From contig OY970192.1 in the NCBI GenBank assembly GCA_963708135.1, positions 2,112,001 through 2,176,000 of the forward strand: a DNA stretch of 64,000 nucleotides, in the 5' to 3' direction. The notes below the pieces were generated by a model, which was given only the letters and a program-made list of their open reading frames with translations, was not told the origin of the DNA and did not search any database. Shown here in pieces: positions 28,871 through 37,402 of this stretch (position 1 is the stretch's first letter; every line of letters begins with the position of its first letter). Source of the DNA: an uncultured Gemmatimonadales bacterium. Its GTDB lineage: Bacteria; Gemmatimonadota; Gemmatimonadetes; Longimicrobiales; RSA9. Position numbers and translations under genes: made by a program.

Positions 28871-29724
28871 GCGTGCTCCAGTGCGCCCAGGCTGCTGGCC
28901 ACCGTGCCGAACGGGAACGTGTCGAGCAACCGGCGCAGCCGCGCCTCGGTGCGCTCCAGCCCACCATAATGGCGGATCCGGGTGGGCCATGGCACGCGCA
29001 GGCGCGGCTGAAGCGAATCGAGCTCCCAGGGATGTGTGTAGATGGTGGCCGAAACGCCGCGCCGGCCGCTGCCGCGCAGGGCCGCATGGATCAGAGCGGG
29101 CGGGAGCAGGCGGAGATAGGCGCCGCCTCCGGCGGGAAACGTCCCCCCGAAGCGGCGAAGCGTGGCGGGGGGGAACTCGGCGAGCCGACCGGCCGGACGC
29201 TCGATCCAGTGCGGGTCCGGGCGTCCGCCCGCGTACCCGTATCCTCGCCGACGGACGGGAAAGAGGCTGGAGTCGTAGGCGTAGCCCTCCTCCACCAGGA
29301 CGTCCAGCGCCCATTCCCGCCCGCGCACGATCGAGAAGCTCGGAGCCCGAAACCCGAGGACCGGCTCACCGGTCAGGTCCTCGATCAGCACCTTGGACCG
29401 GCGGACGGAGGCGCGGAACTGATCGGCGGTCTGGTGCGTCACCCTCACGTGGTCCCAGCCGTGGGACGCGACCTCGTGTCCGGCCGCCGCCAGCCGCTTG
29501 ACGAGCGCCGGGTGCCTCTCCGCGACCCAGCCGAGGACGAAGTGCGTGGCCCGCGCGCCGCTGCCGTCCAGCAGGGCGAGGAGACGGTCCATCCCTTCAT
29601 ACAAGCGGCTGACGCGGGTCTCCCAGCTCCCGCGCTCCACGTACGGTTCGAGCGCGGACACCTGGAAGTACTCCTCGACGTCTACCGTGAAGTGGTGTCT
29701 CGTGACTCCCTTTGCGGCGTGCAT
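28867..29724 (-). CDS. Polysaccharide deacetylase (XrtA-system type)
   Basis: FTVDVEEYFQV, LGWVAER, HEVASHG, GFRAPSFSI, YDSS, GGGAYLR, HPWELD. Confidence 0.9.
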   Translation of the reverse strand: MHAAKGVTRHHFTVDVEEYFQVSALEPYVERGSWETRVSRLYEGMDRLLALLDGSGARATHFVLGWVAERHPALVKRLAAAGHEVASHGWDHVRVTHQTADQFRASVRRSKVLIEDLTGEPVLGFRAPSFSIVRGREWALDVLVEEGYAYDSSLFPVRRRGYGYAGGRPDPHWIERPAGRLAEFPPATLRRFGGTFPAGGGAYLRLLPPALIHAALRGSGRRGVSATIYTHPWELDSLQPRLRVPWPTRIRHYGGLERTEARLRRLLDTFPFGTVASSLGALEHA

Positions 29725-29772
29725 GCTGATCCGGGCGTGGGTGCGCTTCTTGATGGCTCCGCCACGGGACCC

Positions 29773-29788
29773 TGCAAACTCAGCGCCG
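29773..29788 (-). promoter_or_regulatory. sigma54 -24/-12 promoter
   Basis: Minus strand CGGCGCTGAGTTTGCA, about 50 bp upstream of ATG 29724. Confidence 0.7.
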
Positions 29789-29868
29789 TGCTGTCGGGCG
29801 CCTCAGGGGACCGGAACGGCGCGCGCCGGCGGTCAAGCCTTACGCAGGCGTAGCTGGGGGGATGCGGC

Positions 29869-29886
29869 TGTTGCGCTCCTGCAACA
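29869..29886. promoter_or_regulatory. Palindromic activator site, copy 4 (perfect)
   Basis: TGTTGC-GCTCCT-GCAACA. Confidence 0.75.
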
Positions 29887-30101
29887 CTGCGCCTTCGTCC
29901 ATAGCTAGCGGTTTGCCGCGGGCCAAGCGCAGCTGGCAGGGCGTGGAGTGCCGGCTCGCTTAATGGGTCGCGCCTTTCTTTCGTAATTCGCGGGGATCGC
30001 TACTCGGACGGGCGCCGACGGCACGACGGGTCCCGGGCAAATACGCAACAGCTCCAACTAATTTTTTCACCGCACGAAGGCTCGCGAGGGAGTTTCCTGT
30101 C

Positions 30102-30917
30102 ATGCACAACGGCCTCATAGAGCGCGTCTCGGCAACCCTGGACGGGTGGCGCTACCGGCGCGTTTTTGCAGGCGTCCGCAGCTATGCGATGTTCGTCGGA
30201 TACCCGCGATCGGGACACTCGCTCGTCGGCGCGTTCCTCAATGCACATCCGCGCATGGTGATTGCTCACGAGTTGGACGCGCTGAAGTTCGTGTCGCGGG
30301 GATACACCCGGGCACAACTCTTCTCCACCATCATTGAACGCGACCGGTGGTGGCGGCGCAACGAATGGAAGTGGGAAGGTTGGGAATACGAGATCCCCGG
30401 CCAATGGCAGGGCCGATGGAACCAGTTGAGCGTCGTCGGTGACAAAGCAGGCGGGCTATCCTCGCGGCAAATCGTGGAGCAGCCGAGCCGCTTAAGCGAC
30501 CTCCAGAACACCGTATCTGTTCCAGTAATGGTTATACATCATGTCAGGAATCCGTTTGATACAATAGCAACCATGTCTCGGAAAGGCCAGCCGGGAATAT
30601 CGACCCTGGACGAGGCGATCGATCGCTATTTCGTCCACTGCCGTGGATCCGAAATCACCCTCGAATGGGCTGGCAAGCGCGCCTTTACTCTGCATCACGA
30701 GGCTCTCACGACCGACCCCCGCCGCGAGATAAGCAGGCTTTGCGGGTTCCTGGGGGAGGCCGCCGAACCTGAGTACCTGGACGCCTGTGCTGCGCGCGCC
30801 CATTCCTCGCCCCGCCGCTCGCGGGCGCTCGTGAACTGGACGCCGCTTCAACTCGAGCGCGTCCAGGAACGAATCCGTCGGCACCCCTTTCTGGCCGGCT
30901 ATCGATTTGAAAGCTGA
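30102..30917 (+). CDS. Sulfotransferase
   Basis: FVGYPRSGHSLV, VGDK, HVRNPFDTIAT; lower GC than its neighbours. Confidence 0.8.
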   Translation: MHNGLIERVSATLDGWRYRRVFAGVRSYAMFVGYPRSGHSLVGAFLNAHPRMVIAHELDALKFVSRGYTRAQLFSTIIERDRWWRRNEWKWEGWEYEIPGQWQGRWNQLSVVGDKAGGLSSRQIVEQPSRLSDLQNTVSVPVMVIHHVRNPFDTIATMSRKGQPGISTLDEAIDRYFVHCRGSEITLEWAGKRAFTLHHEALTTDPRREISRLCGFLGEAAEPEYLDACAARAHSSPRRSRALVNWTPLQLERVQERIRRHPFLAGYRFES

Positions 30918-31031
30918 CGCCGCTGAGAGGCGTTACTGTCACGCACGCAGTAATGCTTCCGGAGCGGTACTGACTCGTTCACGTAAGTAGACGAAGCTAT
31001 AACATACTGGTGCGGTACTTTCAGAGGTAAA

Positions 31032-32303
31032 ATGCGTATCCACCTGTTCGTCAGTCACTACCCGGTGCCGTACAAGCCATATTACGATGCGCAGTTCGCG
31101 GACCTCGTCCGGCGCGGGCACGAGATCACAATCTTCTCGGGCGGCACGCTCGACGAGGTCGTGAACGAGAAAGTGGTGCAGTTCGACCTGATGGGGCGGA
31201 CGCGCTTCTTTCCCACGACGCTCTCGAGTGCGCTGCGGCAGCTTCCGCGGATCCTGGGCGATGCGGCGGTGCGGCCGCGCGAGCTGCGCCTCGCCGCCGC
31301 CGTTGCGCGCAGCGGCCGCGGCGTGCGCCGCGGTATGGCGGACGCCGCCCGAGTGCTTGCGACGCGCGGCCCGACGCCGGACCTCTGCCTGGTTCATGGC
31401 CTGGGCACGGCGATCATGTTCCCGTGGCTCCGAGCAGTCTATCCCGGCCTCCCCATCGCGCTCTACTACCATGGCGGAGAGGTGCCGGCGACCAGCCCGC
31501 TGAACGCGCGCCTGGCCAGCGAAGCATTCGATCTGGCGGACGTGGTGTTCACGAACACGCACTTCTCCCGAGACCACGCCATCTCGCGGGGCTGTTCGGC
31601 GGAACGCTGCGTGGTGCTTCCGGTGGGCTTCGACCTCGCCGACTTCCAGCCGCCTTCTCCGCGCACGTATCGCCGCGGCGGCGTGCTGCGGTTGCTTTCG
31701 GCCGGACGGATGAGCGAAGAGAAGGGCTTCATCTACGCTCTGAGGGCACTCCAGGGGATCGTAGACGGCGGCGTGCGCGACATCGAGTACGCCCTCACAG
31801 GCGAGGGGCGCGTGCGCCCGGCACTGGAGGCGTACGTGCGCGAGAGCGGCCTCGAACGCCATGTCCGATTCCTCGGCACGCTGTTAACACGGGGCGTGCA
31901 GCAGGCGATGGCCGAGGCCGACGCGCTGCTGCTGCCGAGCATCAAGGTGGGAAACTGGGTCGAGAATCAGGCCTGCGCGGTTCAGGAGGCCATGCTCATG
32001 AAGGCGCTCGTCGTGGTCACGCGCACCGGCGGGGTTCCGGATTCGATCCCGGAGTGCATGCGGCGATTCATGGTCCCCGAGGCCGATGCGGACGCCCTCG
32101 CCGAGGCCATACGGGCGGTTCACGCCCTCCCTTCCCGGCGTCTGGCCGAGCTGGGGGAGGAAGGGAGAGCCTTCGTGGTCCAGAACTACGACATCCGCAA
32201 GATCGACGAACGGCTCATTGAGCTGACGCTGGCAGCGGGGACGGCGCGCGTGGACGGTTCCCGGCGGCCGCCGGAATCCGCTGCAGCGGCACAGCCCGCC
32301 TGA
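31032..32303 (+). CDS. GT4 glycosyltransferase (WcaL-like)
   Basis: LLSAGRMSEEKG, LLPS..ENQACAVQEAM, TRTGGVPD. Confidence 0.85.
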   Translation: MRIHLFVSHYPVPYKPYYDAQFADLVRRGHEITIFSGGTLDEVVNEKVVQFDLMGRTRFFPTTLSSALRQLPRILGDAAVRPRELRLAAAVARSGRGVRRGMADAARVLATRGPTPDLCLVHGLGTAIMFPWLRAVYPGLPIALYYHGGEVPATSPLNARLASEAFDLADVVFTNTHFSRDHAISRGCSAERCVVLPVGFDLADFQPPSPRTYRRGGVLRLLSAGRMSEEKGFIYALRALQGIVDGGVRDIEYALTGEGRVRPALEAYVRESGLERHVRFLGTLLTRGVQQAMAEADALLLPSIKVGNWVENQACAVQEAMLMKALVVVTRTGGVPDSIPECMRRFMVPEADADALAEAIRAVHALPSRRLAELGEEGRAFVVQNYDIRKIDERLIELTLAAGTARVDGSRRPPESAAAAQPA

Positions 32304-32343
32304 GCCCGCGCTCGGCAGCTTCCCTCCAGGCCCGGGTCGAGCG

Positions 32344-33585
32344 ATGCCCCCACCGCCGTCGCGTGCATCGGGTGCGCCGCTGGTGCTGGCGGTGCTCCTC
32401 ATCCTCCTCGCCACGCTGTTCCCGCAGCGGGTCACGAATCAGCCGCCGTTCCTGTGCCTTTACTGCGGTGAGGGCGGGATTGCGGACGGGATCCTGAACG
32501 TCGGGCTGTTCCTGCCGCTCGGGATGGCACTCGCGTGGCGCTACCGCGGCGCCATGCGGCTGATCGCCGCGGGCGCGGCCCTATCCGCGCTGGTCGAGCT
32601 CGCGCAGACACACATTCCCGGCCGCGACCCGAGCCTCTCGGACATCCTCTCGAACACGCTCGGCACCGCCCTGGGGGTCGCGCTGGCCGGCAGGGGCCGC
32701 GCCCTGGAGAGTCTGCTGGAACGACATCGGGCGGCGCTCTCGGTGGCGGCCTGCCTGTTCGCGCTCCTGGGCGTGAGCGCGAGCGGAGCGTTGCTCGGGC
32801 CGGCATATCCCCGGGGCGCCTACTGGGTCCGCTGGGGAACGGCCGTCCACGTGGAAGCCCCGTTCGACGGACAGGTGGAGGAGGCGTCCGCGGGCCCGGT
32901 GAAGCTCTGGCCGGGTCCCTCGAACCGCGGCGGCCGGGTTCGTGCCGCGCTTGCTGCGGGAAGCCCGCTTCGTGCCGAGGCGAGCGTCCGGAGGCTGCCC
33001 GACGGGATGGCCGCCGTGCTGGGCGTGAGCCGGGGGCAGACCGACGTAGCGGTGCTCGGTCTCGACGGCAAGGCAGCGGTGGCCCGCTTCTCGACGCGTG
33101 GGCTCGACTGGGGACTCCGCCAGCCGGAGGTGCTCTCCCGCCACACCATGGCGGGGATCCGGATCCCCGGCCGGCTCCGTATACAGGCCTGGCGGTCCGG
33201 CCGCGGCTACTGCCTGGATGTGAACGGCCGTCGCGACTGTACGCTCGGCTTCACGGTAGGCGTGGCATGGCGGATGCTGCTCCAGCCGGTGGCGCCCGGG
33301 GGCACGGTGGGGCACCTGCTCGACCTCCTCTGGATGGCGGCGCTCTTCCTGCCCGCGGGGCTCCTGCTCCCCGGCCGTCGGTCGCGGCTGCTGCTGTCGG
33401 CGCTGGCGCTCGCGACGATCTGGGCCCTGCCGCTCGCTAGCGGGATCCTTCCGAGCCCCCCCTCCCAGTACCTGGCGGCACTGGCCGGAGTGTGGTGTGC
33501 CGCGCCCCTGCATGCGGGGATTTCGGCGTGGCGCCGAGGGCGCCGGCGAGCTGGAGCACGCAGCGCTCGATCCGAGCGTAGCTAG
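32344..33585 (+). CDS. VanZ-like membrane protein
   Basis: ILNVGLFLPLG, ELAQTHIPGRDPSLSDILSNTLG. Confidence 0.75.
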   Translation: MPPPPSRASGAPLVLAVLLILLATLFPQRVTNQPPFLCLYCGEGGIADGILNVGLFLPLGMALAWRYRGAMRLIAAGAALSALVELAQTHIPGRDPSLSDILSNTLGTALGVALAGRGRALESLLERHRAALSVAACLFALLGVSASGALLGPAYPRGAYWVRWGTAVHVEAPFDGQVEEASAGPVKLWPGPSNRGGRVRAALAAGSPLRAEASVRRLPDGMAAVLGVSRGQTDVAVLGLDGKAAVARFSTRGLDWGLRQPEVLSRHTMAGIRIPGRLRIQAWRSGRGYCLDVNGRRDCTLGFTVGVAWRMLLQPVAPGGTVGHLLDLLWMAALFLPAGLLLPGRRSRLLLSALALATIWALPLASGILPSPPSQYLAALAGVWCAAPLHAGISAWRRGRRRAGARSARSERS

Positions 33586-34099
33586 CCTCGAACACGACGG
33601 GCGGTTGATCGTAGGGGTCCCGGATCGCCCGGGTCTCGATCGGCACCGGGTCGAGATCGCCCAGGATGAGCACGTCCTCGGGGTGGCGGCCGTACGCGGC
33701 GCAGATGTGGCGCTGCTGCTCCCTGTCCATGACGACCACGAGGTCCGCGCCGCGGACGAGCTCGGACGTGAGCACGCTCGAGCGGTGCTCCGACAGGTCC
33801 ACCTCCGACGGTGCCGCGGCGGCGAGGGCGGACGGTGGCGCCCTCCGGCCGGCGCCGAGGAAGCCGGCGGACGTGATCCGCATCGAGTCCGCGAGCTCGG
33901 CGGGCAGCGCGTTCCGGAACCGCGCGGCGGCGAAGGGGCTCCGGCAGATGTTTCCGAGGCAGACGAACAGGACCGATACCGGCGCATCTCGCGATGCGAG
34001 CAGCCGGAGCGCCGCCATGCGCCGCGAACGATGGCGGATCCGGTCCGGCGCGTGACGGAGCCAGCGCGCGACGCGGCGTAGCGTGGTCAAGGGTCTCAT
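33437..34099 (-). CDS. Low-molecular-weight protein tyrosine phosphatase (Wzb-like)
   Basis: VLFVCLGNICRSP (CX5R), ADLVVVMD, IRDPY. Confidence 0.88.
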   Translation of the reverse strand: MRPLTTLRRVARWLRHAPDRIRHRSRRMAALRLLASRDAPVSVLFVCLGNICRSPFAAARFRNALPAELADSMRITSAGFLGAGRRAPPSALAAAAPSEVDLSEHRSSVLTSELVRGADLVVVMDREQQRHICAAYGRHPEDVLILGDLDPVPIETRAIRDPYDQPPVVFEASYARIERCVLQLAGALGATPKSPHAGARHTTLRPVPPGTGRGGSEGSR

Positions 34100-34372
34100 T
34101 GCGTGCGGGCGCGAGGAACCCGCCGGCGCAACGGCCGACGGGAAGGACGCGGTCCCCGATAGTATGGGGGCGGAAGCCGTGTCGAAACAGTGGACGCCGG
34201 GGGCGAGCGGGCATCGCCCCGAACAGCTCGCCCGCTGGCGCCGGCTGGCCCGCTCCGCCGTCCGGGTTGGCGGAGGCGCGGAGGCGCGGAGGCGCGTGCC
34301 GGAGCCAGCGGCCGACGCGGCGCAACGTGTTCAGTGGTCTCATTGCGTGTGCGCACCGGGAACCCGGCCGGC
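34047..34372. repeat. Imperfect ~80-bp direct repeat (34047-34127 and 34291-34372) plus a 3x GCGGAGGC tandem repeat (34270-34296)
   Basis: Both copies encode MRPL(T/N)TLRRV(A/G)RWLRHAP on the minus strand and share the sequence upstream of the ATG; period 244 nt. Confidence 0.85.
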
Positions 34373-34459
34373 TTCATGGCCGCCCCGAAGGACTCGAACC
34401 CTGATGGTGGCGGCGGTTGGCCCCGCCGGCAACGACCTGGCCGGTCGAAGGGAGGCAGG

Positions 34460-34477
34460 TGTTGCGTCCGTGCAACA
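34460..34477. promoter_or_regulatory. Palindromic activator site, copy 5 (perfect)
   Basis: TGTTGC-GTCCGT-GCAACA. Confidence 0.75.
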
Positions 34478-34564
34478 GGGGTCTTGCCGCCCGGTGAGCC
34501 GCGGCGCGGACGCGTCAGCGGCGATCGGCGGCGTGGAGCGAGAGAACGGGCGCAGGGGTGCGGC

Positions 34565-34580
34565 GGGCATGGTCCCTGCT
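34565..34580 (+). promoter_or_regulatory. Candidate sigma54 -24/-12 promoter for the sulfate operon
   Basis: GGGCATGGTCCCTGCT (GG-N10-GC). Confidence 0.5.
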
Positions 34581-34684
34581 CCCGGCGACGCGCGATCCGG
34601 GACGATCGCGGCAGCCCCTAACGCGCATGGAGTCGGGCGCGCCCCTGGAGTCCCCTTGAAACCCCGTGCGGAGGTGATCCGAGC

Positions 34685-36463
34685 GTGGGCGCAGAAGCGT
34701 GGCTGACGCTGGCGGTGGTGGCGACCGCCGTCGTGGTGCTCGCGCGGGACATGGTTTCGGCGGCGGTGGTGGTCTTCGCGGCGGACGTGGCGCTGCTGCT
34801 CCTTCACGTGGTCACGCCAGCGCAGGCGTTTGCCGGTTTCGCCAACCCGGCTCCGATCACGGTGGCGGCGCTGTTCGTGCTGGCCCGCTCGGTCGAGAAG
34901 ACGGGAGCTCTGCAGCCGATCATCGACTCGATGCTGGGCGGGCGGCGTAACGGCCGGATTACGCTCTTGCGGCTGCTTGCGCCGGTGACGGCGGCATCCG
35001 CGTTTCTGAACAACACGCCGATCGTGGCGATGCTGGCGCCGCAGGTGGCGGACTGGGCGGAGAAGCGGGGGCGCTCGGCGTCGGCGTATCTGATTCCGCT
35101 GTCGTACGCCACGATCCTGGGCGGGCTGCTGACGGTGATCGGGACATCGACGAACCTGGTGGTATCGGGGCTGATGGAGCAGGCGGGGATGGCGCCGATC
35201 GGGATGTTCGAGGTGACGAAGGTCGGGCTGCCGATCGCCCTGGTCGGCCTGGCGGTGCTGGTGGGGTTGGCGCCGGTGCTGTTGCCCGAGCGGCGAGCGG
35301 CGAGGCAGCAATTCCGGGAGGACGTGCGGGAGTTCGTGATGCGGACGTTGGTCGAGGCGGACGGCCCGCTGGTGGGCAACACGGTGGAGGGCGGACACCT
35401 GCGGCATCTGCAGGGGGTCTTCCTGGTGGAGATCGAACGGGGGGGTGAGGTGATCGCGCCGGTGGCGCCGACGACGGTCCTGCACGGGGGGGATCGGCTC
35501 ACGTTCGTGGGGCGGGTGGACCTGGTGCGAGATCTCCAGAACACGCGGGGGCTCCGCTATGCGGAGGAGGAACACGCGCTGGCGACGGCCGGGAGGGAGC
35601 ACACATTCTTCGAGGCGGTGATCAGTGGGGCATCTCCGCTGGTGGGTCGGACGCTCAAGGAGACGGATTTCCGCAAGCGCTACCAGGCGGCCGTGCTGGC
35701 GATCCACCGTGCGGGGGCCCGGGTTCACGAGAAGCTCGGTCAGGTGAAGCTCAAGGAAGGCGACACACTGCTGCTGCTTTCGGACCGCGAGTTCGCCTCG
35801 CGGTGGCGCGACCGCAGCGACTTCCTGCTGGTCTCGCACCTGGGGGGAATGCGGCCGACCAGCTCGCGGCAGGCCGTCCTGGTGGGCCTCGTCGCTCTGG
35901 GCGTAATCGTCGTCGCGGGTGCCCACCTGCTGCCCATCCTGCACGCCGCGCTGCTGGCGGCACTGGTGCTCGTGATCGGTGGCGCGCTCACGCCGGCGGA
36001 GGCGCGCGACGCCGTCGAAGTCGACGTGCTGGTGGTAATTGCCGCCTCGTTCGGGGTCGGCGCGGGCATCCAGAGCTCCGGCCTGGCGGCTGTCCTCGCC
36101 TCGGGGATCGTCGGCGGGTTCGGCCCGTGGGGGCCCGTCGGTGTGCTGCTGGCGGTCACGCTAGCCACGATCGTGCTCACGGAGCTGATCACGAACAACG
36201 CGGCGGCGGCACTTCTGTTTCCGATCGCGATCACGACGGCCACAGAGCTCGGGCTCAACCCGAGGCCGTACGCGATCGCGGTCGCCATGGCCGCGTCGGC
36301 GAGCTTTCTCACGCCGATCGGGTATCAGACGAACACGATGGTCTACGGCCTCGGGGGCTACCGATTCGGGGACTTCACGCGGCTCGGCGCGCCGCTGACG
36401 TTGCTGGTGGTCGCTACCATTGTCGTCGTGATCCCGCTATTCTGGTCTCTCTCCTCGTCCTGA
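34685..36463 (+). CDS. SLC13/CitMHS-type permease with two TrkA-C domains (probable sulfate uptake)
   Basis: SAFLNNTP, TVIGTSTNL, TELITNNAAA, FLTPIGYQTN..V.G.GGYRF.DF; directly upstream of cysD. Confidence 0.85.
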   Translation: MGAEAWLTLAVVATAVVVLARDMVSAAVVVFAADVALLLLHVVTPAQAFAGFANPAPITVAALFVLARSVEKTGALQPIIDSMLGGRRNGRITLLRLLAPVTAASAFLNNTPIVAMLAPQVADWAEKRGRSASAYLIPLSYATILGGLLTVIGTSTNLVVSGLMEQAGMAPIGMFEVTKVGLPIALVGLAVLVGLAPVLLPERRAARQQFREDVREFVMRTLVEADGPLVGNTVEGGHLRHLQGVFLVEIERGGEVIAPVAPTTVLHGGDRLTFVGRVDLVRDLQNTRGLRYAEEEHALATAGREHTFFEAVISGASPLVGRTLKETDFRKRYQAAVLAIHRAGARVHEKLGQVKLKEGDTLLLLSDREFASRWRDRSDFLLVSHLGGMRPTSSRQAVLVGLVALGVIVVAGAHLLPILHAALLAALVLVIGGALTPAEARDAVEVDVLVVIAASFGVGAGIQSSGLAAVLASGIVGGFGPWGPVGVLLAVTLATIVLTELITNNAAAALLFPIAITTATELGLNPRPYAIAVAMAASASFLTPIGYQTNTMVYGLGGYRFGDFTRLGAPLTLLVVATIVVVIPLFWSLSSS

Positions 36464-36496
36464 TGAGGCACCCGGTGAAGGGAAGATGATCTGAGC

Positions 36497-37402
36497 ATGG
36501 TCTCGTACCGCAAGACGCACCTTCAGCAGCTGGAGAGCGAGGCGATCTTCGTCATGCGCGAGGTCGCGGCGCAGTTCGAGCGGCCGGTGCTGCTGTTCTC
36601 CGGGGGCAAGGACTCGATCACGCTGGTGCATTTGGCGCGGAAGGCGTTCTGGCCGGGGCGGGTACCGTTCCCGCTGATGCACATCGACACGGGGCACAAC
36701 TTCCCGGAAGCGCTGGAGTTCCGGGACTGGCTGGCGGCTTCGGCGGGGCTCGAGCTGATCGTGTGCCGGGTGCAGGACTCGATCGACGCGGGCCGCGTGG
36801 TGGAGGAGACGGGTCCGCACGCGAGCCGCAACTCGCTCCAGACGGTGACGCTGCTGGACGCGCTCAGGGAACACAGGGTGGATGCCGCGATCGGCGGGGC
36901 GCGGCGGGACGAGGAGAAGGCGCGGGCGAAGGAGCGGTTCTTCTCGCACCGCGACGCGTTCGGGCAGTGGGACCCGAAGAACCAGCGTCCGGAGCTGTGG
37001 AACCTGTTCAACGGCCGGAAGAACCCGGGCGAGCACTTCCGGGTGTTCCCGCTCTCGAACTGGACGGAGATGGACATCTGGCAGTACGTGGCGAGCGAAG
37101 GGGTCGCGTTGCCGAGCCTCTACTTCGCGCACCGGCGCCGGGTCTTCCGGCGGGGCGATCTGATCATGGCGGAGTCGCCGCACGTGCCGATGCAGTCGGG
37201 GGAGCGGGTGGAGGAACGGATGGTCCGGTTCCGCACGGTGGGCGATGCGACGTGCACGGGCGCGATCGCCTCGGTCGCGGCGACGGTGGAGGAGATCATC
37301 CAGGAGACGGCGGGGCTTCGCATCACGGAGCGCGGCGGCCGGGTGGACGACAAGAGGAGCGAAGCCGCGATGGAAGACCGGAAGCGGCAGGGGTACTTCT
37401 GA
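36497..37402 (+). CDS. cysD: Sulfate adenylyltransferase subunit 2
   Basis: LFSGGKDS, GGARRDEEKARAKER, WDPKNQRPELW, ends KRQGYF. Confidence 0.96.
   Translation: MVSYRKTHLQQLESEAIFVMREVAAQFERPVLLFSGGKDSITLVHLARKAFWPGRVPFPLMHIDTGHNFPEALEFRDWLAASAGLELIVCRVQDSIDAGRVVEETGPHASRNSLQTVTLLDALREHRVDAAIGGARRDEEKARAKERFFSHRDAFGQWDPKNQRPELWNLFNGRKNPGEHFRVFPLSNWTEMDIWQYVASEGVALPSLYFAHRRRVFRRGDLIMAESPHVPMQSGERVEERMVRFRTVGDATCTGAIASVAATVEEIIQETAGLRITERGGRVDDKRSEAAMEDRKRQGYF

Noticed and set aside
29885..29920. Second GEMM-like start (minus strand GGCAAACC...GGCGCA)
   Set aside because: No GNRA-capped P2, no receptor or P1, and it lies upstream of the predicted promoter.
33437..33585. 149-bp convergent overlap of the VanZ-like and phosphatase ORFs
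   Set aside because: Both overlapping tails are low-complexity extensions, most likely from stop-codon scarcity.
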